From NCBI GenBank assembly GCA_963748825.1, contig CAVVKN010000003.1:1-64000 (forward strand): a stretch of DNA of 64,000 nucleotides, read 5' to 3'. Positions 51,528 to 61,140 of the stretch are shown here, piece by piece; position 1 is the first letter of the stretch; each line of letters starts with the position of its first letter. Position numbers and translations under genes: made by a program. The notes beneath the pieces are model-generated. The model was not told where the DNA came from, did not search any database, and was given only the letters and a program-made list of their open reading frames with translations. This DNA comes from Methanotrichaceae archaeon. GTDB taxonomy: Archaea > Halobacteriota > Methanosarcinia > Methanotrichales > Methanotrichaceae.

Positions 51528-52592
51528 TCATGCCACCTCTCTTCTCAGCATGAGCGTCGCCAATGCAAAGAAGATCAGGAAGAATACTCCCAGCGCCAGC
51601 AGGTCGGGATAGAGGATATCAGCGACTCCCGCTCCCTTGAGCATCACCGCTCGCAGGGCATGGGCGGCATAGGTGAGGGGAAGGACGTAGGAGAAAGGCC
51701 GGATGAACTCGGGCACGGATTGCAGGGGCCACCAGATTCCGCAGAGGACAATCTGAGGAGTGATGATGAGGGGTATGAACTGCACCACCTGAAACTCGCT
51801 CCGGGCGAAGTTGGAGAAGAAGGATCCCAGGACTAAAGCACCAGCGCCCAGCAGCAAAACGATCGCCAGCGCGGTGAGTGGGCTTCCTTGCAGGGGCACT
51901 CCGAAGCCGAAGGTAACCACGAAGAGGGTGGTGGCCGATTGCAGGATCGTGAAGAGGGAGAAGCCCAGTACGTAGCCCGATACCATCTCCAGCCGGCTGA
52001 GGGGCGAGACCATGAACTTCTCCAGCGTCCCCTGCGATCTCTCCCGGATGAAGGCGATGGCTGCGTTGATGAATGTGAAGAAGAAGACAACCAGGCCTAA
52101 GATGGCCGGGCCCACCGTGTCCATCATCTTAAGGTCGTAGCCGAAGATGTAGCGGGTGATGATGGGGCTTTCCTGTGCTTTTTGCAGTACGGCCTTTTCC
52201 TTTGAGGCTCCCGCTTGCACTGCCGCCTGAATAGCACCCGAGATCTGCAGGCTGCTGGCGTCCAGCAGCACCCGTACCCCTTCCGGCTGCAGGAGCACGG
52301 CTCCGTCCAGCCGCCCTTCGGTTATTAGCTTCTCTGCATCCGACTCAGATCCCAGGTAAAGTATATTGAAATCTTTTATCGATTCGATGTATGCTCGCAG
52401 GGCTGCGTGGCCGCCGTCGTCCACCAGCCCCAGGGCGACGCCGCTCATATCTCCGGAGAGGGCATAGCCGAAGAGGATCATGAGGACGATGGGCGCGAAG
52501 ACGATCAGGCCGATGGTGCGCCGGTCTCTCTTGAGCTGGCGAATGACGCGAAGAGCCACCACACCCGTTCTGCCCAGGCCTGGGCGGCTCAT
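51528..52592 (-). CDS. ABC-2 type permease
   Basis: RDRRT, RERSQGTLE....P, PQ..LCG..WP, PLTY. Confidence 0.92.
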   Translation of the reverse strand: MSRPGLGRTGVVALRVIRQLKRDRRTIGLIVFAPIVLMILFGYALSGDMSGVALGLVDDGGHAALRAYIESIKDFNILYLGSESDAEKLITEGRLDGAVLLQPEGVRVLLDASSLQISGAIQAAVQAGASKEKAVLQKAQESPIITRYIFGYDLKMMDTVGPAILGLVVFFFTFINAAIAFIRERSQGTLEKFMVSPLSRLEMVSGYVLGFSLFTILQSATTLFVVTFGFGVPLQGSPLTALAIVLLLGAGALVLGSFFSNFARSEFQVVQFIPLIITPQIVLCGIWWPLQSVPEFIRPFSYVLPLTYAAHALRAVMLKGAGVADILYPDLLALGVFFLIFFALATLMLRREVA

Positions 52593-53512
52593 GTCGCCTC
52601 CGAGAGACGCAGGAATGCCTCTTCCAGCTTGGGCTCCGCCAGCCTCATGTCCCGAGGCGAGATTGCAGCCAGTACCTCTTTGATCTGTGCGTGGCTTTCC
52701 AGGCGGACCTGCACGACTCCACCAACGACATCTATCTCATATCCCTGGGCCAGAAGCTGGGCGGCATCTCTCTCCGGCTCGGCCAGCCAGAGCTTGAGAA
52801 TGGGTTTTAGGCCTGCCTGGCGTTGGATTTCCTCCGGCGTCCCCTGGGCCGCCATCCTTCCCGCGCGCATGTAGCCCACCCTCTGGCATTTCTCCGCCTC
52901 ATCCATGAGGTGGGTGGTGATGAGCACCGTCTTGCCTTCCCCTGCCAGGCGGTTGAAGTACTCCCAGAATGTTTGCCGGAGGCGGGGGTCTATGCCCACG
53001 GTGGGCTCGTCCAGCAATAGCAGCTCGGGCTCGTGGATGAGGGTGCAGGCCAAAGAGAGCCTCTGGTACATACCGCCGGAGAGCGCCCCGGCCAGACGAC
53101 TGCGGTGCTCCAAGAGATCGACCATTCGGAGCAGCTCCTCTATCTTCTCCTCTCGCTTCTGCTTCTTCAGGCCATAGAGCCCGGCATAAAACTCCATATT
53201 TTCCTGCACAGTGAGGTCGGGATAGAGAGCTTTGTGCTGGGTCATATAGCCTATCTGAGAGTAGATCTTATCAACTTCGGAGACGGGCCGGCCAAGGACT
53301 TTCATCTCTCCCCCGTCCAGGCGCAGCAGCCGCACGATGGCGCGAATGAAGGTGGTCTTGCCCGAGCCGTTTGGCCCGAGCAGGCAGTAGGTCATGCCGG
53401 AGGGAATGTCCAAGTTAAGGCTGTCCAAGACCTTTTGCCGCCCGAAGCTCTTAGTCACGCCCCGAGCCGATACCGCCAGCTCCATTTCTCTCACCTTCCT
53501 TCTCCCGGCCAT
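52589..53512 (-). CDS. ABC ATP-binding protein
   Basis: GPNGSGKT, LSGG, LLLDEPT.G.DP, TTH.MDEAE. Confidence 0.94.
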   Translation of the reverse strand: MAGRRKVREMELAVSARGVTKSFGRQKVLDSLNLDIPSGMTYCLLGPNGSGKTTFIRAIVRLLRLDGGEMKVLGRPVSEVDKIYSQIGYMTQHKALYPDLTVQENMEFYAGLYGLKKQKREEKIEELLRMVDLLEHRSRLAGALSGGMYQRLSLACTLIHEPELLLLDEPTVGIDPRLRQTFWEYFNRLAGEGKTVLITTHLMDEAEKCQRVGYMRAGRMAAQGTPEEIQRQAGLKPILKLWLAEPERDAAQLLAQGYEIDVVGGVVQVRLESHAQIKEVLAAISPRDMRLAEPKLEEAFLRLSEAT

Positions 53513-53517
53513 GCTCC

Positions 53518-54621
53518 TCAGCTCTTGCTCCTTCTCTTGACTACTACTACAATCAAGACGGCGGCCAGCACAACGAGGAGAAGGACGGCTGCCAACGGTC
53601 GGCTTGAGCTCTGCGGTTCGATTTGCAGATAGGCATTCTCCGAGTCGGAAAGGTCGTCCCGGTAACTATCGGAAAACTCGAAGAGAACCTTAAGCTGATA
53701 TCTTTTGCCGGGCACGGCATCCTTGGAGACATCCATTTTATAGAGCAGCTCTGCCTCCTGTTGCGGCTGCAAGGCTGGAATGGGCGACTCGTCCACGCTC
53801 ACATAAAGGCCGCTCTCCGGACGCAGCCTGGCCACCAGGTCTTTGGCCACATCATGGCCTACATTTTTTATGCGGATTTTGATCACATTGTCCTGAGTGC
53901 CTGCCGGCAGGGCAGAGGGACTGACATCCAGGATCTCAAACTGCGCGCCGCTTCTTCGCTCTACTGTCAGGGTTAGGGGAATGGTCTGACTGAGGCTATC
54001 ATACCAGTAAAATACATCCGGGCTCTCTGGGCGGTCTTCATCTCCTTTCACGGCCACGTCTCGCTGGTAGGTGTAATTGACGATGGCGTCAAGCCGATAT
54101 TGGCCGGGGCGGGTATTCTTGTAGGCTTCCAGGGGAAACTCCAACCGGGCGGAGGTCTGGCCCTCCCGGATGTTGCCGGGAAAGGCCACGGACCGTTTTA
54201 TGTCTATGGCGCTCTCATTTTCAGCTATTAGGCGAATCGAAACATCCTGGGCGATGGTTCTCTGCTTTTCCAGCTCCTGCTCTCTTTGTGCGGCGAGAAT
54301 CTCTTCTCTCTTATTGGCGCCGGGCTCCTCGTTGACCTGGAAAGAGGTTATCCTTCCTCGATTGCTCAGGGTGAGAAAAAGCGAGGTCTGCTCACCCTGA
54401 TAGACGCGAGTCTGCTCCAGGGAGACGGTCAGATTAGGTGTGCCGTAGACCTTGTAGTAGTCGTCCCCGAACTTCTCCGGGGGAATGGGTGCGCCGCTCT
54501 CGGCTGCCTGCCCGCAGGCAAAACAAGTAGCAAGAGCTGCGAACATGGCCAGGGCGAAAATGCCCCAGAATGAGATAAAATTTTTCTGCCCGGAATTATT
54601 TATGATCTGCGTGTCCATCAT
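53518..54621 (-). CDS. COG1361-like S-layer-domain secreted protein with TM anchor
   Basis: Signal peptide, two Ig/CARDB-like units, C-terminal TM plus KRRSKS. Confidence 0.75.
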   Translation of the reverse strand: MMDTQIINNSGQKNFISFWGIFALAMFAALATCFACGQAAESGAPIPPEKFGDDYYKVYGTPNLTVSLEQTRVYQGEQTSLFLTLSNRGRITSFQVNEEPGANKREEILAAQREQELEKQRTIAQDVSIRLIAENESAIDIKRSVAFPGNIREGQTSARLEFPLEAYKNTRPGQYRLDAIVNYTYQRDVAVKGDEDRPESPDVFYWYDSLSQTIPLTLTVERRSGAQFEILDVSPSALPAGTQDNVIKIRIKNVGHDVAKDLVARLRPESGLYVSVDESPIPALQPQQEAELLYKMDVSKDAVPGKRYQLKVLFEFSDSYRDDLSDSENAYLQIEPQSSSRPLAAVLLLVVLAAVLIVVVVKRRSKS

Positions 54622-54680
54622 TTAATCCGCCCCTGTTTTACGATCCTTTCTTTCATGTCCATCTATTTGGATATTTTCAA

Positions 54681-55292
54681 TTATTTACCCCGGCACCACA
54701 ATCTTGGCAAGAACATGGGCACAGCGTTCCGGTATTCCTCATACTCCTCTCCGAACTCTTCTTTCAGCGACCTCTCCTCGTGCCGGGCACCCAGGTAAAA
54801 GTAGATCGTGACCAGGATATTGAAGGCCAGCAGATTCTCGGTCATGAGGGGGGAGAGCCAGAGGAAAACAGCGGAAAAGAAGAAAAGAGGATTTCTGATG
54901 TGGCAGTAAAAGCCGTCCGTCACCAGCCCGCCCTCTCCGCTTGATGGCCCACTTGCGCCCTGCAATTGGGACAGGCCCAGGAAATAGGAGACGCCCGTCC
55001 TGCGAATCGTCTGCAACAGCGCAACTGCTGCCAGGAGCTGGGCGACGAGCATTAGCCATCTCCAGGGTGCTGGAATGGAATAGAGAATTCGGTCAGGTAG
55101 GAAGATCAGAATGTTGAGAAAGGGCAGGATCATGAGCAGAGCGAGCAGGTTGTAGGCCAACCTCTGCCAGCGGTCAAAGGAATTGCCGTTCGCTTTTTTG
55201 GCCCGGCTCTTGAATCTGGGATCAGCCAGGAAACTGTGCACAACGGCAAATAGTACAAAGTATGCCCCCATGATAATAGTGCTTGATATCAT
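54681..55292 (-). CDS. Isoprenylcysteine carboxyl methyltransferase / NnrU-like membrane protein
   Basis: HS.LA, RL.YN, LVT.GFY..IRNP, EER.L..FGE.Y..Y...VP.F.P. Confidence 0.82.
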   Translation of the reverse strand: MISSTIIMGAYFVLFAVVHSFLADPRFKSRAKKANGNSFDRWQRLAYNLLALLMILPFLNILIFLPDRILYSIPAPWRWLMLVAQLLAAVALLQTIRRTGVSYFLGLSQLQGASGPSSGEGGLVTDGFYCHIRNPLFFFSAVFLWLSPLMTENLLAFNILVTIYFYLGARHEERSLKEEFGEEYEEYRNAVPMFLPRLWCRGK

Positions 55293-55342
55293 AATTCTGC
55301 CTTGGAATTACTGATAGCATCTCCTGTAGATAGTTATCTGAG

Positions 55343-55585
55343 CTAAATTCCAAAGCCCAGGAAATGGAGCAGTATCACCAGGAATGCGCCCAGGACTCCG
55401 CCGATGCCGCAGATCAAGACCACCAGCCAGCTATAGCCAATGCCTAGACCTGCTACGGCGTTAGCCATAATGAGAATCAACAGCCCCATTATGGCATTGA
55501 CCACGAAATTCTTGATGGATCTCATGATCAAGAATGCGCCAAAGACTATGACTATGAATAATAATATAAGTCCTGCGTCGCTCAT
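55343..55585 (-). CDS. BofA-family small membrane protein
   Basis: NAI.GL.IL..AN, LIC.IGG..GA; three TM segments. Confidence 0.75.
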   Translation of the reverse strand: MSDAGLILLFIVIVFGAFLIMRSIKNFVVNAIMGLLILIMANAVAGLGIGYSWLVVLICGIGGVLGAFLVILLHFLGFGI

Positions 55586-55628
55586 GGCATCAAATTGGAC
55601 TCGCTAACTATTTAACTTGTAGGATCAC

Positions 55629-56942
55629 GAAGGGCGGAGCGGGAAGTCCCCATCCTTCAGGGTGGGGATGAAAGCGGAGTCATTTGTCATGATTACTTTC
55701 ACGCCGCCCTCAACTGATATAAATATTAGGTATGCATATCTGTATTCGTATGATGATCAGCTACAAGTATCCCATATTCCCGAGCAATATCACTCAATGG
55801 AAGTTAGCAGAGAATTTGGATGCTTGCAGGTGGCTCTATAATCGGCTTCTCGAAGACCTGAATGATGCTAAAGAGAAAGGCATCAAGCTCAAGACCTATG
55901 ATACTCAGAACATGATTCCAACTCTTAAGCTTGAGAATCCGAAGCTGAATCTGGTCTATTCCAAAGTTCTTCAGATGGTGAATTATACTCTTTGGTCTAA
56001 TTTCAAGGGACTTGCAGCGTCCAAGAAGAATGGTCGAAAGATCGGTCATGTCCGTTTCAAAGGATATGGCTGGTACAACACTATGAATTACAATCAGTCC
56101 GGCTTCAAGATCGATCAAGATCATAGCCTGCTGCATCTCTCTAAGATTGGAGAAATGCGGATCAAGATCTATCGAAAGATCGAAGGTTGCATCAAAGCCG
56201 TCATAATCAAGAGAGAAGGCGAGAGATGGTTCGCCATAGTCCAGGCCGATCAGGGACCACAGCCGTTACCGGAAACTGGAGAAGCAGTTGGTATTGATGT
56301 CGGTTTGACTTCCTTCGTGGTTGACTCTGAAGGCAATGATATAGAAAATCCAAGATGTGCAGAACAATCCGAAGATAAGCTTGCTGGACTGCAAAGAAGG
56401 CTAGCCAGGGCGGTGAGGGGATCGAATAATTATGGGGCGATCAAGGATAAGATTGCAAAGCTGCATAAGAGAATCAACTGCCAACGAGATGATTTCCTGC
56501 ATAAGCTCTCTCGGATGTATGTCAATAACTTCGATATCATTTGCGTTGAGGATCTGGATGTCAAAGGTCTGAAAGAGAACGGCCATAATAACGGTATGCA
56601 TCGCAGCATTCATGATGCATCCTGGTCAAAGTTTATATTCATGCTTTCGTACAAGGCTCAAAGTGCTGGTCGGAAGCTGATAAAAATAGATCCCAGGAAC
56701 ACGACTCAAAGGTGTTCTGCTTGTGGTGGCATCGTAAAGAAAGATCTATCGGTACGAGTGCATGAGTGCCATTATTGCGGTTTCTCATGCAATCGAGACT
56801 ACAATGCTTCCAGAAATATACTCATCGCAGGGATGGAACAGCCCGTAGCGCCCATCGAGTCGAAACCTCTAAATCACATATCCGTGATGCAAGTTTTGGC
56901 GATGAAGTGGGAAGCCGCGCCCTTCAGGACGCGGTAGTTCAC
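55629..56942 (+). mobile_element. Non-autonomous IS200/IS605-family element (tnpB only, IS1341-like)
   Basis: TCAC at 55625-55628; left hairpin GGGAAG-tccccatcc-TTCA-gggtgggga; right hairpin GGGAAG-ccgcgccc-TTCA-ggacgcgg ending TAGTTCAC at 56942; no tnpA. Confidence 0.85.
55750..56937 (+). CDS. tnpB: RNA-guided endonuclease TnpB
   Basis: N-terminal HTH (CRWLYN), RuvC-I GIDVG, RuvC-II VEDL, Zn finger CSAC/CHYC, RuvC-III RDYNAS.NI. Confidence 0.95.
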   Translation: MMISYKYPIFPSNITQWKLAENLDACRWLYNRLLEDLNDAKEKGIKLKTYDTQNMIPTLKLENPKLNLVYSKVLQMVNYTLWSNFKGLAASKKNGRKIGHVRFKGYGWYNTMNYNQSGFKIDQDHSLLHLSKIGEMRIKIYRKIEGCIKAVIIKREGERWFAIVQADQGPQPLPETGEAVGIDVGLTSFVVDSEGNDIENPRCAEQSEDKLAGLQRRLARAVRGSNNYGAIKDKIAKLHKRINCQRDDFLHKLSRMYVNNFDIICVEDLDVKGLKENGHNNGMHRSIHDASWSKFIFMLSYKAQSAGRKLIKIDPRNTTQRCSACGGIVKKDLSVRVHECHYCGFSCNRDYNASRNILIAGMEQPVAPIESKPLNHISVMQVLAMKWEAAPFRTR

Positions 56943-56962
56943 AAGCCTTATACCTTGAACTG
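56790..56962 (+). ncRNA. Predicted TnpB omegaRNA/reRNA; scaffold to 56942, guide from 56943
   Basis: Inferred from established TnpB architecture and the right-end hairpin; 5' end is approximate. Confidence 0.55.
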
Positions 56963-59900
56963 CTCCATTTCGCTTCCCAAACGATGCAGCTCTTTTGTGT
57001 CCAGGGAGAGTGGATCGATATGGACCAGCATTATAGCGTTCTTTAGGGCGATCTCATCCCTCTGGGACTGAACAAACCGGAGCACAGTTTCGTAGTTGCT
57101 CTGGGTGATGAGATAACCCATTCCCTCCAGCAATATAATGGGATAGTTGGCCCTGCCCAGGAAATCGGTGATCATACTGGAGAGCCGGGGGAAGTTCGTC
57201 GGGTCCACTGCCCTATATCCCGGCTCGCTCTTTTGCGTCAGCCATATGACCGCATCTGCAGGCACATTATACCTTTCATTAAGGATTTTTGGATTGTAGC
57301 GGCTCAAACACAGTCCATCCATGCCGTGCCTCACCAGCTCGCTGAAGATCTCCAGGCTCTTCTGCGGCTTTTCCTCGGCAATAATGTAGGTAGTCCCTGG
57401 AATGAGTGAGATCTCATAGGGACTTCGTCCATAGCTCTTCATGAGCTCAGCCAGTGTCAGCGTGAGGTCGAAAGCGGGATCGTATGTCTTGATGATCCTG
57501 GCCAGCCTTCTCATCGCCACAAAGAAGCTGCGCCTTGTCAGCACCAGATCCGGGCGAATATCAAGAGACATACTGGACTGCAAAGCGCCTTGCATTTCCG
57601 GCTCGCAGGCGGCAACGGAATCATCTGAGGGCTGCTGCGTCTGCTTGCCAGTCTCGAAGAATTCCCCGGAGGCTATCAGCTCATTGGCCTGCATAACGGT
57701 CTCTCTTCTCACTTCATCGCCGATCCGTGAGAGCATGGCATCGGAGAAGGCCCGGAAGAGATAGGCGGAAAGGGGGCCCAATGAGAAAAGCAGCTCTTTG
57801 ACCTCATTAATGCTCGAGTTCATGCTCGTATGGACGAAATCTGGTTTTTCTGCCAGAATCAAATGCGTCTTATGGCCTAAAAGCTCCATCTGGTAGACAA
57901 AGTCAAGTATCTCCCTTTGCGGGATCTTGCCTTCGTTTTCTTTGACGAGCTGCTCGATGCTGTCTATGAGAACGACGCTGTTCTTGCTGGACTCAACGAA
58001 TGCCTTTATGGTCATAAAAAGGAGTGGCAGATTTCTTGGGGAGATGTAGCGATCGCTTCCCTTCTCATCAGAGAGCTTGATGATGGGCGTCTCTTTAAAG
58101 CCCCAGCGTCGTCTCACCTCTTCAGGGGCAAAATGCGTAATACACAGCCCCTCCACGCCATGGGTGATCTGATCTGTGAAGACCTCATAGGCAATCTCAG
58201 GCACGATATAGGCCTTTCCTCGCACTAAATCATATGCGGGAAGGGTTTCCTTGGCCGCTTCTATCACCGGCTTAACTGTTACCCGATCTTCCACAATCAT
58301 CTTCGTAGCCGAGGATCCCACTGAGCCGGTAAGCGTCTTCTCAAACTGGTCCCATAGGAGCCGAAGCTGTCCTGCTTCAATCTTCTCCCGGCTGGTGCCC
58401 AGTCGCTCAAGGTGAGCATCGACCTGCTTCCTGGCTGGCGTCTCACCGATGTAACGTGCCAGTGTTGCCTCCAGCTCCTCAACTGTTCCCTGACGTATCT
58501 CATGTGTCTCGTGGCCCTGAGCAGTAGCATCTTCATGGTACGCATCCACGAAGCAATTGGCAGACCTCTGCTCATCTAAACTGGGCTTGCTTACCAAAGA
58601 GACGAGGACATAAAGGCTGCAGTTGACCAGTAGTGTCCAGAAGACGGAATTTGTCCACATGTCCAGATCAAGACCAAAGAGATTGGTGGGTATAAGGGCA
58701 GCTATGCCGAAGGGTCCGTCCCGTACAAGATTTCCCAGCCATACATTCCCTTTCGCAATGGTAGGAATGAGGGCCGTGTAGGCCCAGAGTAAAAAGCCCG
58801 ATACCAAGCCTGCCATGGCCCCTTTCCGGTTGCCCTTCTTCCAGTATAGGCCCCCCAGGGCGGCAGGAGCTAATTGACTGGCTGCCAGAAAAGAGACAAC
58901 TCCGATCTCTGCCAGTATCTGGTAAGCAACGGCGCGCGAGTAGAGATATCCTAGGAGCACGACCAGAAGTATGTTCAGCCTTCTGGTATTGAGAAGCGTA
59001 TTGACCAGGTTTTTGTCCGTCTTTATTTTGCTCAAAATATAGGGCATCTCCAGGTCGTTGAGCAGCATGGTGCCCACGGCAACGGATTCAACCAGGATCA
59101 TGGCAGTGGCTGCCGAAGTCCCTCCTATGAACACGAAAAGAGAGAGAGCGTCCTGGCCCTGAGTGTAAGGTATGGTTATTATGAATGCATCCTTTAGACC
59201 GGCAGTATTCAGCAGCACCCCTCCCCAGGCGATGGCGGGGACGAAGATGTTGATCAACAAAAGATAGAGCGGAAAGAGCCACATTGCCTTCCTAAGGTGC
59301 TTTTCATCTGAGTTTTCCACCACCATAACATGAAACTGCCTGGGCAGGAATAAGATGGCAAAGAAGGAGATCAGCGTCAGGGAGAACCAGAGGGTCGGCT
59401 CTACATCCATGAGTGTCTCATATGCCTGATTTTTTGAGGCCAGCTCGATCATCTGGCTCATAATATCTGCATATCCACCAAAGACGCCGTAGGCGACATA
59501 GAGTCCTGCGAAAAGAAAAGCAACTATCTTCAGCAGTGATTCAAAGGCCACGACAGCGATCAAGCCCTCATGCCGCTCCATGGGATCGAGATGGCGAGCC
59601 CCGAATATGACTGCAAAGGCCCCTAAAAGCACGGCTACCACGAGCTTGCTCTCTACGGCAAAGCCCAGAAATATTTGCGAGCCGCTCAGTATCTCAAGAG
59701 ATGTGGATATGGCAATAAGCTGCAGTGCAACATAAGGTGTCACCATGACCAGGCTCAATATCGCCACTACGGCGCCTATGGCGTAGCTTCGACCATAGCG
59801 GAAGCTGATAAAGTCACTTATGGAGGTGAGTCTGTGCTCCTTTGAGACGCAAATCATCTTTCGGATTATGATCCAGCCAACGGTCATGGCTAAGACGGGT

Positions 59901-60124
59901 CCCAGGTAGATGGGCAAGAACTCCAGGCCCGTGGATGCCGCCCTTCCTATTGAGCCATAAAAGGTCCAGGCGGAGACATAGACACATAGTGAGAGGGCAT
60001 AAACATAAGGGTTAGCGACTATGCTTTTTCCCAAAAGCTTTTGGCGGTCGGCATACCGTGCGATGGCAAAGAGCAGCAGCAGGTAAAGGACCATGACGGC
60101 TAACGCGAGATGTGGTCCAATCAA
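56948..60124 (-). CDS. SLC5/SSS-like membrane domain, STAC-like domain and two DUF835-like domains
   Basis: YALSL.VY.SAWTFYGS.G, TSISDFIS.RYG, PY.ALQL, LPRQFH..VVEN; LARYIG...EKTLTGSVGS; two units of G..GLC.....P...IWL...P.N....S...FL...IL(D/E). Confidence 0.88.
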   Translation of the reverse strand: MIGPHLALAVMVLYLLLLFAIARYADRQKLLGKSIVANPYVYALSLCVYVSAWTFYGSIGRAASTGLEFLPIYLGPVLAMTVGWIIIRKMICVSKEHRLTSISDFISFRYGRSYAIGAVVAILSLVMVTPYVALQLIAISTSLEILSGSQIFLGFAVESKLVVAVLLGAFAVIFGARHLDPMERHEGLIAVVAFESLLKIVAFLFAGLYVAYGVFGGYADIMSQMIELASKNQAYETLMDVEPTLWFSLTLISFFAILFLPRQFHVMVVENSDEKHLRKAMWLFPLYLLLINIFVPAIAWGGVLLNTAGLKDAFIITIPYTQGQDALSLFVFIGGTSAATAMILVESVAVGTMLLNDLEMPYILSKIKTDKNLVNTLLNTRRLNILLVVLLGYLYSRAVAYQILAEIGVVSFLAASQLAPAALGGLYWKKGNRKGAMAGLVSGFLLWAYTALIPTIAKGNVWLGNLVRDGPFGIAALIPTNLFGLDLDMWTNSVFWTLLVNCSLYVLVSLVSKPSLDEQRSANCFVDAYHEDATAQGHETHEIRQGTVEELEATLARYIGETPARKQVDAHLERLGTSREKIEAGQLRLLWDQFEKTLTGSVGSSATKMIVEDRVTVKPVIEAAKETLPAYDLVRGKAYIVPEIAYEVFTDQITHGVEGLCITHFAPEEVRRRWGFKETPIIKLSDEKGSDRYISPRNLPLLFMTIKAFVESSKNSVVLIDSIEQLVKENEGKIPQREILDFVYQMELLGHKTHLILAEKPDFVHTSMNSSINEVKELLFSLGPLSAYLFRAFSDAMLSRIGDEVRRETVMQANELIASGEFFETGKQTQQPSDDSVAACEPEMQGALQSSMSLDIRPDLVLTRRSFFVAMRRLARIIKTYDPAFDLTLTLAELMKSYGRSPYEISLIPGTTYIIAEEKPQKSLEIFSELVRHGMDGLCLSRYNPKILNERYNVPADAVIWLTQKSEPGYRAVDPTNFPRLSSMITDFLGRANYPIILLEGMGYLITQSNYETVLRFVQSQRDEIALKNAIMLVHIDPLSLDTKELHRLGSEMEQFKV

Positions 60125-60330
60125 TCAAAATTCCCCCGATCGAAGAGATACAGAGCAAGGATGAAGAATAACCAGATCAGGGTAATATAAACCAGTATGG
60201 CCGGCATACCCATTATAACGTAGCCTTTCGGCAGTTCGATTAAAGGCCAGTTGAGCAGCACCCACCCTGTGGCGAAGAGAAAAACCCAGAATTCCTTCTG
60301 GCCCAGGAGATCCTTCAAGGATAGTGCCAT
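60121..60330 (-). CDS. Small two-TM protein, probable partner of the SLC5-like protein
   Basis: LF..GW.LLNWP.I.....IMG.P....Y...IW...I; 4-bp overlap with the downstream gene; ATG 60330. Confidence 0.78.
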   Translation of the reverse strand: MALSLKDLLGQKEFWVFLFATGWVLLNWPLIELPKGYVIMGMPAILVYITLIWLFFILALYLFDRGNFD

Positions 60331-60332
60331 AT

Positions 60333-61013
60333 TTATAAACCCGGATAAACAACTAACCCCTTGACAGATATATCTACTGCATGCTTTCCCGAATGATGAG
60401 ATGTGCAGCACATCTTGACAATCTCAATGGACCTTCTCCGTGCGAAATTTATCTCTTCATTTTGCAACAGGATTATTCCATCGGCAACTTGCGCTATATG
60501 TGCTGGATAGGGTGCCCCTGGCGGTGCATCTTCTGCCACCAGTGCCACCACTTTTTTAATCTTGATCAAGTGAGATAGCTTGAGAAGAAAACGCCAGTAG
60601 TCGTCTTTGAGGATGTCTTCCAGAACGGATAGGTTTTCAATGACGATTCGAGTCGGCTGGAATGTATCGATCTCCTTCTCCAGCATATCCAAAAATAGGT
60701 CTTTCGATCTGCATGCTTTTTCCGCCATCTCTTCCAGTTCCAGGTAGCAGATCTCCTTGCCCAAATATGTGCTCTTTACAAATTCATAACGGGTGGCATA
60801 ATTGAATTGCAGATCAAGCGGTCCGCCGAAGGTCAGGAGGTATAGCCCGTGCTCGCCCAGATCCGCGCCTTTGCAGAGAAACTGAGTGCAAAAGGTGGTC
60901 TTGCCTGCCCCAGCGTCGCCCGTTAGAAGAATAAGAGACGGTCTGGGAAGACCGCCTTCAATCATGTTATCCAGACCCGGAATTCCTGTAGGCATCCTGT
61001 TTATCATATTCAA
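60333..61013 (-). CDS. Single-domain KaiC/RAD55-like ATPase with degenerate catalytic motifs
   Basis: TGIPGLD.MI.GG, GDAGAGKT, ADGII.L, RR.IEIVKM, I...GL.VYP. Confidence 0.88.
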   Translation of the reverse strand: MNMINRMPTGIPGLDNMIEGGLPRPSLILLTGDAGAGKTTFCTQFLCKGADLGEHGLYLLTFGGPLDLQFNYATRYEFVKSTYLGKEICYLELEEMAEKACRSKDLFLDMLEKEIDTFQPTRIVIENLSVLEDILKDDYWRFLLKLSHLIKIKKVVALVAEDAPPGAPYPAHIAQVADGIILLQNEEINFARRRSIEIVKMCCTSHHSGKHAVDISVKGLVVYPGL

Positions 61014-61140
61014 ATCCTTTCACCAGGCTTTCTGAGGTTCAGGGAATCTTTTAGAAAATATTGCCTCTCATCTTATTTGTCTTTATCTTTCTCCAGACGG
61101 CTTTTATATCAGGAATTCATTCTCGTTGACGTGAGACGAC

